Origin: Opitutales bacterium
GTDB lineage: Bacteria > Verrucomicrobiota > Verrucomicrobiia > Opitutales > UBA9783
Reading direction: 5' to 3'
Length of the DNA: 64,000 bases
Assembly: GCA_024407725.1 (NCBI GenBank)
Contig: JAKSVZ010000002.1
Span: 7,403 to 71,402 of the forward strand
The notes beneath the pieces were generated by a model. That model was not told the DNA's origin, searched no databases, and saw only the letters and a program-made list of their open reading frames with translations. Positions 47,114 through 57,040 of the stretch are shown piece after piece. The stretch's first letter is position 1; each line of letters opens with the position of its first letter. The position numbers and the translations under genes were made by a program.

Positions 47114-47860
47114 AAAAAATTATTGTTTGTAAGTGGGCTGTGTCTAGCAAACTTTTATGCGTTTGCAGATGCGGAGAGCGAATACGATGATTTGGAAGCA
47201 ATTTCTGAGAATAGCTTTTCAGAAGTTGAAGATACAGAGTCTTCCTGTTGGTTAGCGGAGTATCCAACCTACCTCGATCTAAACATAGGACTTGGGTTTG
47301 GCAATAAATTTAACTATGCCAAAAATGCTGAAGAATTGAAATTAACGGGAGGTTCTCCTAAAGCAAAAGTAATAACGGGGCCAATGGGTTTAGAAATAGG
47401 AAAAATCATCAATGAGTGGCGCTTTGGTGTTGAAGCAATATTCATTTATGGAAAGACCGGAAACTTTGAGCTGAAAATAAATGGCAAAGAATATGTAATT
47501 AAAAACACTATATGGGGAGGTAGTTTAATGGGAAACGTTTATTATGATATTCCTTTACACACACATATAGCTTGGTATATGGGAGGTGGCTTGGGTTTTG
47601 ACTATTTAAAAATAAAAATGAAAAAAGAAGAATTGGGGCTCCACGGTAAAAGTTTCTGGGCTCCTGTTTGCCAATTTCGAATAGGCTTAGCTTTTTATTA
47701 CGAAAGTTATATCATGAGTGCTGGCTATCGCATTCGTCATATTTTCCAAAACCTTAAGATCGATAATTCAATAAAATATTATACTGATAAAAAGTTAAAC
47801 AGTGAATGGAAATCTCCAACTATTCATGTTCTTGAATGCGCATTCGCATGGACGTTTTAA
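47102..47860 (+). CDS. Small outer-membrane beta-barrel protein, family 2 paralog a
   Basis: 252 aa. Signal peptide ...LCLANFYAFADA, an acidic N-terminal stretch, Gly/aromatic-rich strand pattern and C-terminal ...CAFAWTF. Confidence 0.75.
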   Translation: MELYKKLLFVSGLCLANFYAFADAESEYDDLEAISENSFSEVEDTESSCWLAEYPTYLDLNIGLGFGNKFNYAKNAEELKLTGGSPKAKVITGPMGLEIGKIINEWRFGVEAIFIYGKTGNFELKINGKEYVIKNTIWGGSLMGNVYYDIPLHTHIAWYMGGGLGFDYLKIKMKKEELGLHGKSFWAPVCQFRIGLAFYYESYIMSAGYRIRHIFQNLKIDNSIKYYTDKKLNSEWKSPTIHVLECAFAWTF

Positions 47861-47894
47861 ATAAAAATCAGCTTAAGTAATTATCACTATTAAC

Positions 47895-47936
47895 GAGCGA
47901 AGCAGAACTTAATGTTCCTTCGCTCGTTTGCTTTTT
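47895..47936 (+). terminator. Intrinsic terminator after OMP paralog a (copy of the one at 48851)
   Basis: gagcgaag-cagaacttaatgttc-cttcgctc forms an 8-bp stem plus an inner gaac/gttc pairing. It is followed by gtttgcttttt. Confidence 0.6.
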
Positions 47937-47990
47937 ACCGCTACCATTAGCACCTGTATATCCGATGGATTAACCCCACTGATACGGGAG
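47895..47990 (-). pseudogene. Duplicated 3'-terminal fragment of mnmG (95/96 nt identical to 48851-48946)
   Basis: Compared base by base at offset 956, with a single mismatch (cacctg versus cacttg). It encodes the last ~27 codons of MnmG plus the stop but has no upstream gene body. Confidence 0.9.
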
Positions 47991-48051
47991 AGTTTTACAA
48001 AAATGTAAGGGATGTAGCGACAGCATCTCTTTTTTTTGTTATACTTTCTCT

Positions 48052-48825
48052 ATGAGATGCTACAAAAAACAACTTTTGGCAATAAGCATTTGTTTAATGA
48101 ATTTTTATGCTTTTGCAGATACAACAGAATACAACGATACAGAAGCGATTTCTGAAGAAAGTATTTCAGAAGTCGATGATACGCCCTCCCGTTTAAGTTG
48201 GTTCATCGATGCTCCAACTTATTTTCAGATGCACGTCGCTCGTGGTCGTGCAAGCGGATTTGAATATTGCAAAAATATTCAAGAAATTAATCCACGATTA
48301 AACTGTAATTCTAAAGTACTAACTGATCTTGATTGGGTCGGAATAGAAGTAGGAAAAGTTTTTGGTAATTGGCGTTTTGGGCTAGAAGGAACGTACTATA
48401 AAGGAGACATGCGGGATGCTTATCTCGATATGGGTCGAGATGAAGCCTACAGAATAGACGCTAAAACGCGGGGATGGGGTATAATAGGTAATGTTTATTA
48501 CACTATTCCACTCACAGCCAATAATGCTTTTCTTTGCATTTTGGGCGTTGGCTTGGGACTTGAGGATCGAAAAATCGAAGCAAACAGCTCCATGCCACTA
48601 AAATTACACGATCATGTCCTTAGAGGATTAGCTTACCAATTGTATGTTGGGCTAGCCTATAACTTTGACGATTATCATGCTTTGAGTATGGGGTATCGCT
48701 TCCATCATTTTACCAAAAATATGGAGTGGAATTCTGCAAGTGAGGGGAATGACCATATAATTTCTCAGTGGGACTCACCAAAGAGTCATATGTTTGAATG
48801 TGCCTTTACCTGTCTGTTTGAATAA
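48052..48825 (+). CDS. Small outer-membrane beta-barrel protein, family 2 paralog b
   Basis: 257 aa. Signal peptide ...ICLMNFYAFADT. Shares an acidic EAISE.S.SEV.DT segment and a ...ECAFTCLFE end with paralog a. Confidence 0.75.
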   Translation: MRCYKKQLLAISICLMNFYAFADTTEYNDTEAISEESISEVDDTPSRLSWFIDAPTYFQMHVARGRASGFEYCKNIQEINPRLNCNSKVLTDLDWVGIEVGKVFGNWRFGLEGTYYKGDMRDAYLDMGRDEAYRIDAKTRGWGIIGNVYYTIPLTANNAFLCILGVGLGLEDRKIEANSSMPLKLHDHVLRGLAYQLYVGLAYNFDDYHALSMGYRFHHFTKNMEWNSASEGNDHIISQWDSPKSHMFECAFTCLFE

Positions 48826-48850
48826 AAAATCCTAGTGTCTATAACCTAAT

Positions 48851-48892
48851 GAGCGAAGCAGAACTTAATGTTCCTTCGCTCGTTTGCTTTTT
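48851..48892 (+). terminator. Intrinsic terminator after OMP paralog b, overlapping the 3' end of the convergent mnmG
   Basis: Same hairpin and T-tract as at 47895-47936. The right arm and T-tract lie inside the last mnmG codons. Confidence 0.6.
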
Positions 48893-50718
48893 ACCGCTAC
48901 CATTAGCACTTGTATATCCGATGGATTAACCCCACTGATACGGGAGGCTTGCCCTAAGGTTAACGGTCGTACTGCCATTAACTTTTGGCGGCTTTCATTT
49001 CTTAAACTCAATACGGTCGTATAATCAAACTCAGCTGGGATTTTAATCGAATCCAGCAACTGCGTACGTTCAATCACCTTCTGTTCGCGCTCCAAATACC
49101 CTTGATAGCAAACCCGATACAAAACTTCTTCGCGTACAGCATCCGGTAGGGTCAAAAATGCAGCAGGTAAGTCAACGGTAGGCTTTGGTTCTTGATTCTG
49201 AGAACGGCGCAATGCGTCACCAAAAGAAATTCCTGCTTCGCAGGGTGTTTGTTCTAGGGTACGTACCCAATCCTCAACCGTTTGCTTTTTGTGCTTAATG
49301 GCCTGAATCCGTTCAGGGCTTAGGCAATGATAACGCGCCGCCTGATCAATCAAACGCAATTCGGCGCTCGCATGATTCAACAACAAACGGTATTCGGCGC
49401 GTCCCGTAAACATACGGTAAGGCTCCTTGGTGCCTTTTGTGGTTAAATCATCAATGAGAACCCCTATATAACTAGCGTCGCGGGATAACACACAGGGTTC
49501 TTCGCCTAAAACAGCCGCGCTTGCATTGATACCGGCGATCACTCCTTGACCCGCTGCTTCTTCATACCCCGAAGTACCGTTGATTTGACCTGCCATGAAT
49601 AACCCACGTACACGTTTGCTTTCTAGGCTTGCGTTTAAATCCGTCGGGTCGGAAAACACATATTCGACAGCATAAGCCGGACGCACCATCACCGCATGCT
49701 CTAACCCCGGAATCGTTTGCAACATCGCCTGTTGGACGTCGAACGGCAAACTGGTGGAAAGCCCATTGATATACCATTCGTCCGTACTCAATCCTTCCGG
49801 CTCTAAAAACAACCGATGCCGTTCCCGATCGGCAAACCGAACGCATTTGTCCTCGATGCTGGGGCAATAACGCGGGCCTGTTCCCTGAATATTGCCTGAA
49901 AATAAGGCAGAACGTTTCAAATTATCCAAAATAATCTTATGCGTATCCTTATTAGTATAGGTCATCCAACACGAACGCCTGTGGGTGTCGGGATCCCAAG
50001 CCATGGGTATCGGCAACACCCCATGGGAGCTTCGGGTATCATAAAACGCAAATAAACACGGATGTTCGTCGCTCTTTTGTTCTTCGCAACGTGAAAAGTC
50101 GATAGTGCGTCCTAAAATCCGTGCAGGCGTACCGGTTTTTAACAGCCCTACCGGAAAGCCTAATTGCGCTAAATTATCCGCCAACGCATAACTGGCTGAG
50201 TCTCCCATACGCCCTCCGGGGAAATGGGTATGGCCTACGTGCAAGGTGCCTTTTAAAAAGGTACCTGTGGTTAAAATGACCGTTTTAGCCTCTAGGGTAC
50301 CCGCTAAACGCGTTTGTACGCCAGTTATACGTCCTTCTTGAACGCATAAACTTAGCACTTCGTCTTGCAACAGCCGAATGTTTGGTACTTGTTCCAACCG
50401 GCGTTTCATGCTGAATTGATAGGCTTTTTTATCACATTGAGCCCGTGGAGCTTGAACCGCCATCCCTTTGGAACGATTCAATATCCGAAACTGAATAGCC
50501 GTTTCGTCCGCATTTACCGCCATCAGCCCCCCTAAGGCATCGATTTCACGCACAATGTGCCCCTTGGCTAGGCCGCCAATAGAAGGATTGCAGCTCATTT
50601 GGGCAATGGTATCCAATTGGTGAGTAATCAGGAGCACTGACACCCCCCGTTTAGCTGCTATCCAAGCTGCTTCGCAACCTGCATGACCACCGCCACATAC
50701 AATCACATCGATACTCAT
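48865..50718 (-). CDS. mnmG: tRNA uridine 5-carboxymethylaminomethyl modification enzyme MnmG (GidA)
   Basis: 617 aa. FAD site [15 protein letters not shown]. GidA-like throughout. Confidence 0.95.
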   Translation of the reverse strand: MSIDVIVCGGGHAGCEAAWIAAKRGVSVLLITHQLDTIAQMSCNPSIGGLAKGHIVREIDALGGLMAVNADETAIQFRILNRSKGMAVQAPRAQCDKKAYQFSMKRRLEQVPNIRLLQDEVLSLCVQEGRITGVQTRLAGTLEAKTVILTTGTFLKGTLHVGHTHFPGGRMGDSASYALADNLAQLGFPVGLLKTGTPARILGRTIDFSRCEEQKSDEHPCLFAFYDTRSSHGVLPIPMAWDPDTHRRSCWMTYTNKDTHKIILDNLKRSALFSGNIQGTGPRYCPSIEDKCVRFADRERHRLFLEPEGLSTDEWYINGLSTSLPFDVQQAMLQTIPGLEHAVMVRPAYAVEYVFSDPTDLNASLESKRVRGLFMAGQINGTSGYEEAAGQGVIAGINASAAVLGEEPCVLSRDASYIGVLIDDLTTKGTKEPYRMFTGRAEYRLLLNHASAELRLIDQAARYHCLSPERIQAIKHKKQTVEDWVRTLEQTPCEAGISFGDALRRSQNQEPKPTVDLPAAFLTLPDAVREEVLYRVCYQGYLEREQKVIERTQLLDSIKIPAEFDYTTVLSLRNESRQKLMAVRPLTLGQASRISGVNPSDIQVLMVAVKSKRAKEH

Positions 50719-50736
50719 AGCTCCCTTATACCCTCT

Positions 50737-52098
50737 TTATTTACCGATGCAAAACTTAGAAAAGATTACATCGAGGATTTGTTCATAATCCACACGCCCT
50801 ACCACCGCTTCTAAAGCGCGCAGTGCTGATTTTAAATCCGCCGCAAGGCAATCATCATAAGCATGCGTTTGCAACAACGATTGAGCGTGCGTTAACCACT
50901 GCTGAGCTTGTCGAAACGCTTCCGCATGACGTTCGTTCACCATAAACGCTACTTGGGTCGGATCCGCATAATGGGTTTGTAAAAAGTGACGCAACTCGCT
51001 TTGCACCTTAGGCAATTGATCACCATCGGTTAAGCTCAGGGAACAAATAGTATATCCTTCCAAAAGCGCTTTGATGGCAGGATTAACCCCCAAATCCGCT
51101 TTGTTCAACAGTACCAATGTCCGCTCTTGGGGAAATTTCGGCTGAAGTTCCTTCAAGCCATCAAGGGTCGATTGAGAACCATCCACCACCCAAACAATCA
51201 TATCCGCCGTTTGTAATTGTGCGTAGGTTTGTTCAATCCCCATGCGCTCCAACATATCCTCTGAGGTTCGTAACCCTGCCGTATCGATCAAGGTTAAAAG
51301 GTAAGGGTCTAAAGCATAGCGCTCCGTCACATAATCGCGGGTGGTTCCAGGAATCGCACTGACCAACACCCGTTGGCGCCCTAATAAGCCGTTTAACAGC
51401 GTACTTTTGCCTGCATTCGGCTGACCCGCAATTACCACTTGAATGCCTTTGTGCAACGGAGCATACGCCGCATGAGCTTGAATTAACTGCTGCAGTTCTT
51501 TCCCCAATTCCTGTAGGTGCGTATCCAATTCCTGCCGATCTTGTTCCGGCAAATCCTCTTCGGGGAAATCCAAATACGCTTCCACTTTGGCAATTTGCTC
51601 GCTCAATAGGTCAACAAACTGCGTAACTTTTTGGCTGAGCGCGCCCCCTAACTGTTTTTGAGCTAACTGCAGCGCTTGTAATGATTGTGCATGAATCACC
51701 TCTTCCACCGCTTCTGCTTGGCATAAATCCAAAACTCCATTGGTAAAAGCTCGGCGGGTAAATTCCCCTGGCTCCGCTTGCCGACAACCGCGTTGGATAC
51801 AATCGCGCACAATCTGTTGAATAATGATTGGGTTTCCATGGCAGGAAAGCTCCAACATCGCTTCACCCGTATAGGAAGCATGTTCCGCAAAGAGCACAAA
51901 AACCACTTCATCTAAAGCAGTTTCTGGATGATCAAGCAAACGATAATGTCCATAGTAGGCTTGGCGTGGAACCAACGACGTACGTTTAAAGATTGCCTGC
52001 GCTAAGCTTAAGCATAAAGGCCCACTGAGCCGAATAACCCCAATTCCGGATACCCCCCATGGAGTTGATAGAGCCACAATGGTATCGCTTGTTTCCAT
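50737..52098 (-). CDS. mnmE: tRNA modification GTPase MnmE (TrmE)
   Basis: 453 aa. G1 motif GQPNAGKSTLLN, also DTAGLR, and a C-terminal CIGK. Confidence 0.95.
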   Translation of the reverse strand: METSDTIVALSTPWGVSGIGVIRLSGPLCLSLAQAIFKRTSLVPRQAYYGHYRLLDHPETALDEVVFVLFAEHASYTGEAMLELSCHGNPIIIQQIVRDCIQRGCRQAEPGEFTRRAFTNGVLDLCQAEAVEEVIHAQSLQALQLAQKQLGGALSQKVTQFVDLLSEQIAKVEAYLDFPEEDLPEQDRQELDTHLQELGKELQQLIQAHAAYAPLHKGIQVVIAGQPNAGKSTLLNGLLGRQRVLVSAIPGTTRDYVTERYALDPYLLTLIDTAGLRTSEDMLERMGIEQTYAQLQTADMIVWVVDGSQSTLDGLKELQPKFPQERTLVLLNKADLGVNPAIKALLEGYTICSLSLTDGDQLPKVQSELRHFLQTHYADPTQVAFMVNERHAEAFRQAQQWLTHAQSLLQTHAYDDCLAADLKSALRALEAVVGRVDYEQILDVIFSKFCIGK

Positions 52099-52377
52099 AA
52101 CCTCTTAAGCCTTTTCCAGAGCGAGTTTCCTTGGTTTGTTAATAACCCAGTGAATAAATAAGGATAAAAAGGTCAACAAAGGTAAATTGCTCATTTTTGT
52201 TCACCAAAAACCCCTTTCATTCTCAACTTATTCACACTGTAGTATTCAAGTCTACAAGCGGTTTTGTGTCAATTTTTAGCACTTATTCGCCTGTATAATA
52301 AGAATAATAAATAAAACAATTTATTTTCATATAATAAAGCTTTGCAATATCATTCCCAAAATCACTAGATTATACAA

Positions 52378-53289
52378 ATGAATGATGCATTAACGAACGC
52401 TACAGAAAACTATTGGCATGCGTTGTTGCAAGCCTGTGGGGAAGATAGTAGCCGCGAGGGATTGGTAAAAACCCCGCAACGTTTTTTAAATGCCTTTGAG
52501 GAATTAACTTCGGGTTATCATCATACCTTGGAGGAAGTGGTTAATGATGCTTTGTTTCCCTGTACCAACTCCAATCCTATTTACATACAAGATATTCCAT
52601 TTTTTTCGCTGTGTGAGCATCACGTATTGCCTTTTTATGGTACCTGCGCGGTAGCTTACATCCCGAATGGTACGGTTTTAGGGTTATCTAAGGTTTACCG
52701 CATTATTGCCTTATATGCTCAACGCTTACAGCTGCAGGAACAATTAACGCAACAGATTGGTGAGGCTATTCAATCCGTTACGCATGCTAAAGGTGTACAG
52801 GTGGATATGCACGGAACCCATTTGTGTGTAGCGATGCGGGGGGTTAAGCAATCGCAATCGTTCATGCATACCCATTATCAGAACGGAGAAGCCATTCCGC
52901 CTTCCACTCAACAGGCTGCATCCGAACCTACCTGTTCCCTTTATTGTACCTCTCAATGGATTCCGTTATTCATTGGGTGCACCGAAGGAGAACAAAAGCA
53001 GCCGACTCCCATTCAGCTAAGCCTGCAATTACGTATGCCGGTGGATTATGGTACCCGCAAAGACGATTTAAGCACCACGGTGGATTATGATGCCTTGATG
53101 ACGGGGATTAAGCAGGAATGTTTGAACCAACGCTTTCAGTTGATTGAATTTGCGGGTCAAACCATCTATCAATGGGTTCATGAGTATTTAGCGCGCCATT
53201 ATCAAGATATGCCGATAAAAATTACGTTACAGAAGCGTTTGTCGCACGAATGGTTACAGGATAGTCAATTTGCTATAGGAGATTTTTAA
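52378..53289 (+). CDS. folE: Fusion protein: GTP cyclohydrolase I (FolE) N-terminal domain plus a dihydroneopterin aldolase/epimerase-like (FolB/FolX) C-terminal domain
   Basis: The N-terminal part reads GLVKTPQRF...[30 protein letters not shown]...HLCVAMRGV. The C-terminal ~115 aa read [20 protein letters not shown]...[12 protein letters not shown]...[11 protein letters not shown]...ITLQK, which matches the FolB pattern. Confidence 0.8.
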   Translation: MNDALTNATENYWHALLQACGEDSSREGLVKTPQRFLNAFEELTSGYHHTLEEVVNDALFPCTNSNPIYIQDIPFFSLCEHHVLPFYGTCAVAYIPNGTVLGLSKVYRIIALYAQRLQLQEQLTQQIGEAIQSVTHAKGVQVDMHGTHLCVAMRGVKQSQSFMHTHYQNGEAIPPSTQQAASEPTCSLYCTSQWIPLFIGCTEGEQKQPTPIQLSLQLRMPVDYGTRKDDLSTTVDYDALMTGIKQECLNQRFQLIEFAGQTIYQWVHEYLARHYQDMPIKITLQKRLSHEWLQDSQFAIGDF

Positions 53290-53296
53290 ACCTGTA

Positions 53297-54505
53297 ATGA
53301 ATCGGTGGGCACAGTGGGTTTATTATCGCTTGCAATCGCTGCAACAAGACCGTTTGGATTGCGATTGGGTCAATCCCATTATCATGCTGATTTTAAGCGC
53401 CATTGGGCTTGCCTTAATCTATTCCGTGCAACTGGATGTCGAGGCTCATGCTAAGTGGCACCAACAGCTTTTGTGGATCTTAGTTGGTTTATGTGTCTAT
53501 GGGGTGACCGCGCGTATTCATTATAAATTCTTTTTTCAAAACGCTCATTGGTTATACCTGTTGTCCATTCTTGCTTTGTGCGCTTTATGGACCCCATTGG
53601 GAAAAAGTATTGGGGGTAGCCGCCGCTGGATTCATTGCGGAGCATTTGCCGTACAACCGTCCAATTTTGGTACCCTAGCGGCTCTGTTAATGTGCGTTAA
53701 TCACTTAGCCCGTATGCAGTTTGTCTCCTTAAAAGATCATATGGAAGGCATCCTTTATACTGCTGTTATTGGCGGAATTCCTTGCTTGTTAATCTTTATT
53801 CAACCCGATTTTGGTTCAGCCATTCTAATTCCAATGGTACTCATTGGTTTATGGTTTGTTGCGAATATCAAACTGCGGTTCTTTGTAGGGATGATGGTGG
53901 TAAGCGTGTTGGGATTGGGAATTGTGGCTTTGGATAGCTATGCCTACAGCGCACAATTGCAGCAAAAAACGTTAAAAATTAAGCCCTTTTTGCCCTTAAA
54001 GGATTATCAGCGGAACCGCATTTTGTCGTTTGCAGCACCCAGCGTGGTGGATCCGCGAGGAGTTACGGTGGGTTGGCAGCTGAAACAATCGTTGATTGCC
54101 ATTAGTTCTGGGGGTACCTCAGGGAAGGGTTGGTTGAAAAACATGCAATCGCGGCTGGGGTTTTTACCCAAAGCTACTTCGTTGGATGACTTTATCTTTT
54201 CAGTGCTCGCAGAAGAAACCGGTTTATGGGGTACGTATTTTGTATTTGCACTTTATGGAATTTTAATTTTGAATACTTTACGTATTGCATTAATAGCAAG
54301 GGATCTCTTTGGATACTATTTGTGTGTTGGAATCGCCCTATTGATGTCAATGCATGTTTGGATTAACGTTGGGATGACACTAGGGATTATGCCTATTACT
54401 GGGATATCCATCCCCTTTTTGAGCTATGGTGGATCCTTTATGCTTATGTGCTTTTTTAGTCAAGGCTTAGTGCAGAGTGTGTATCGCTTCCGTTTGTCTG
54501 AATAG
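53297..54505 (+). CDS. SEDS-family peptidoglycan polymerase (RodA/FtsW)
   Basis: 402 aa with ~10 TM segments. Has FIQPDFGSA, and ISSGGTSGKGW...LP...DDFIFSVLAEE is typical of FtsW/RodA/SpoVE. Confidence 0.85.
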   Translation: MNRWAQWVYYRLQSLQQDRLDCDWVNPIIMLILSAIGLALIYSVQLDVEAHAKWHQQLLWILVGLCVYGVTARIHYKFFFQNAHWLYLLSILALCALWTPLGKSIGGSRRWIHCGAFAVQPSNFGTLAALLMCVNHLARMQFVSLKDHMEGILYTAVIGGIPCLLIFIQPDFGSAILIPMVLIGLWFVANIKLRFFVGMMVVSVLGLGIVALDSYAYSAQLQQKTLKIKPFLPLKDYQRNRILSFAAPSVVDPRGVTVGWQLKQSLIAISSGGTSGKGWLKNMQSRLGFLPKATSLDDFIFSVLAEETGLWGTYFVFALYGILILNTLRIALIARDLFGYYLCVGIALLMSMHVWINVGMTLGIMPITGISIPFLSYGGSFMLMCFFSQGLVQSVYRFRLSE

Positions 54506-54532
54506 AAACCATTAGTCTTATATGAGCCTACC

Positions 54533-56224
54533 ATGTCTGAAAGTAATCAAAAACAACTGGCAGATACTATTTGTTATCAAGTAAAACCAAAAGAAACCCC
54601 CGTAACCGTTAATAAGAAAGCGATTCAAACAGCCGCAGAACAACGTTCGAAAGAGCAAAACCTTTTTAAGCGTATTCTTGATTTATTCAAAAGGGATAAA
54701 CGCTTTACGGAAGTTTTTATCAATGGCGTATTAAGCCACAAACGCGTTGCGGTTTCGGTTAATGGAATCCTAGAGTCGTTTGAAACCGAAACGGATCGCC
54801 AGCAACTGTTTGGATCGATTTTTAAGGGAAAAATTCAAAATCTAGAGTCAGGATTAAAGGCGGCTTTTGTTGATATTGGGCAAGAAAAGAACGCTTTTTT
54901 GCATTATTGGGATATCCTTCCTTGCCTCAATGGTGAAGGGTACAATGAGCATAATCACGATGATGAGATTGAAATTATCAATCGAGAAGAGCGTAAATCT
55001 GCCTCATCAGCCACCATTGATATGGTACCGGAGCGCTTTCCGATTGGTTCCGACATTATTGTGCAAGCCATCAAAAGTTGTATTGGCACCAAGGGTCCTC
55101 GGGTAACCACCCATATTACCTTGCCGGGACGTTATTTAATCCTTACGCCTTGTTCGGTTCAATGCGGTATTTCTAAAAAAATTGAGAACAAACACGAACG
55201 CGAACGCCTCAAGGGTATTTTAAAAAAATTAACGCTTCCCAATGATATGGGGGTGATTTTCCGTACGGCGAGCAATGGGTGTCCGATGCGTCATTTAGTG
55301 CGCGATTTGCAGGTGTTATTGAACACGTGGCGTCGTATCAAAGCCAAGCTGGCGGAAGCCAAGGAACCCTGTTTGTTATACACCGAACCAACGTTGTTGG
55401 AACGGGTCGTGCGCGATGTGTTAACGGATGATGTGGATCGCGTTTTGGTTGATAACGAAGCGGATTTTGCGTTTATTACCGAGCGTGTAAAGGAGATTGC
55501 TCCGCACATGCTTAAGAAAATTAAACTGTATCGGGATTCGATTCCGATTTTTGAGCGTTTCAATGTTGAATGTCAAATTGAGCAAACCCTAGCGACCCGC
55601 GTTCCATTGCCCTCAGGCGGTGAAATTGTCATCCAAGAAACCGAAGCGTTAACAGCGGTGGATGTCAATACGTCGTCGCACAAAGGTGGGGAGAACAAAA
55701 CCTTTATTTTCCAAGTTAATTTGGAAGCAGCTCGCGAGATTGTCCGTCAAATTCGTTTGCGCAACATTGGGGGGGTAACCATTGTTGACTTTGTGGATAT
55801 GAAGCAGGCAAAGAGCCGCCGCTTGTTGTTTGAATTTGTTCAGAAGGAATTGGAAACCGATAAAGTACATACGCAGGTATTTCCCCTGACCCAGCTAGGG
55901 TTGATGCAAATTTCGCGTCAACGGCATACAGAGAGCTTGCATAGCCAATTATATGCCCCGTGTTGTTACTGCAACGGTGAAGGGAAACTGCAATCATTTT
56001 GGTTTTTGTGGATGAAGGTACAAACGGCGTTATGGGAACAACGGCAGAGCATACCGGAAGCCCCGTTAAGCTTTAAGGTGGTGGTGAACCCGTTAGTGAA
56101 AACCTACTGGTTAGGGCATTATCAGGATTCGATTCAAGCCATAGAGCACAAATGGTCGTTGCATTTGAATTTTAGCGAAGACGCGCAGATACATGTTGAA
56201 CATTTTCGCTTAACCCGCCAATGA
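54533..56224 (+). CDS. rng: Ribonuclease G/E family endoribonuclease
   Basis: 563 aa. S1 domain GSIFKGKIQNLESGLKAAFVDIGQEKNAFLH. Catalytic-region motifs ALTAVDVNT and GGVTIVDFVDM. Confidence 0.85.
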   Translation: MSESNQKQLADTICYQVKPKETPVTVNKKAIQTAAEQRSKEQNLFKRILDLFKRDKRFTEVFINGVLSHKRVAVSVNGILESFETETDRQQLFGSIFKGKIQNLESGLKAAFVDIGQEKNAFLHYWDILPCLNGEGYNEHNHDDEIEIINREERKSASSATIDMVPERFPIGSDIIVQAIKSCIGTKGPRVTTHITLPGRYLILTPCSVQCGISKKIENKHERERLKGILKKLTLPNDMGVIFRTASNGCPMRHLVRDLQVLLNTWRRIKAKLAEAKEPCLLYTEPTLLERVVRDVLTDDVDRVLVDNEADFAFITERVKEIAPHMLKKIKLYRDSIPIFERFNVECQIEQTLATRVPLPSGGEIVIQETEALTAVDVNTSSHKGGENKTFIFQVNLEAAREIVRQIRLRNIGGVTIVDFVDMKQAKSRRLLFEFVQKELETDKVHTQVFPLTQLGLMQISRQRHTESLHSQLYAPCCYCNGEGKLQSFWFLWMKVQTALWEQRQSIPEAPLSFKVVVNPLVKTYWLGHYQDSIQAIEHKWSLHLNFSEDAQIHVEHFRLTRQ

Positions 56225-56254
56225 GCTGATAAGCGTTAAAACCATCCAAAGCGT

Positions 56255-57040
56255 ATGATTCATCCAACAGCACAAGTTGATCCGTCGGTTACGGTACCCG
56301 AATCGACGATCATTGGTCCCTTTTGTGTCGTTGAGCGAGGCGTCCAACTAGGGCAGCAGGTTCGGTTGGATTCCCATGTGGTCTTAAAACGAGGCGTGAT
56401 TTTAGAAGATCAGGTGGAGGTACATTCAGGAGCGATTGTGGGAGACGACCCGCAAATCATTCCTGCAGCTTTCGATTTCGATAGTGGCGTATCGGTTGGC
56501 GCACGTACGGTGATTCGCGAAGGGGTTACGATTCATCGCTCGTCAAAGCCGAATCAAAACACAACCATCGGTCATGATTGCCTCCTGATGGCCTTTTCAC
56601 ACGTTGGTCATGATTGTGAGATTGGCAATTACTGCATTCTGGTCAATCAGGTATTGTTGGCCGGTCATGTCGTTGTTCACGATTATGCGTGTTTAAGCGG
56701 CCATGTTGTTATTCACCAGTGGGTGCATATTGGCGAAAGCGCATTTGTTTCGGGGCAATCCGCTATTACCCAAAATATTCCGCCGTTCGTTATTGCTTGG
56801 AGCCGTGATGATCTATCGGGGTTAAATTTGGTAGGGTTACAGCGGCGAGGATTTACGCATGAAGCGATTGCGGATATCAAACAGATGTATCGATGGACTT
56901 ATCAATCGTTATCGGTTAAACGCAACGCCCAACAAGCGTTAACCGAGCATAGATACACAACGGACTTTGGACGTCAATTTTTGGAGTTTTTTATAAACAC
57001 GCTAGGAGACCGCGGATTTTTACATCCCCATAAGGCTTAA
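56255..57040 (+). CDS. lpxA: Acyl-ACP--UDP-N-acetylglucosamine O-acyltransferase
   Basis: 261 aa. MIHPTAQVDPSV..., hexapeptide repeats, and ...GLNLVGLQRRGF... in the C-terminal helical domain. Confidence 0.85.
   Translation: MIHPTAQVDPSVTVPESTIIGPFCVVERGVQLGQQVRLDSHVVLKRGVILEDQVEVHSGAIVGDDPQIIPAAFDFDSGVSVGARTVIREGVTIHRSSKPNQNTTIGHDCLLMAFSHVGHDCEIGNYCILVNQVLLAGHVVVHDYACLSGHVVIHQWVHIGESAFVSGQSAITQNIPPFVIAWSRDDLSGLNLVGLQRRGFTHEAIADIKQMYRWTYQSLSVKRNAQQALTEHRYTTDFGRQFLEFFINTLGDRGFLHPHKA

Noticed and set aside
52099-52377. AT-rich divergent intergenic region next to mnmE-mnmG as a possible oriC
   Set aside because: I found only one near-consensus DnaA box (TTATTCACA at about 52228-52236). There is no cluster of boxes, no dnaA or dnaN nearby and no clear strand-bias switch in the window. 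The perfect TTATCCACA at 39253-39261 lies inside the prfB coding sequence and is probably chance.
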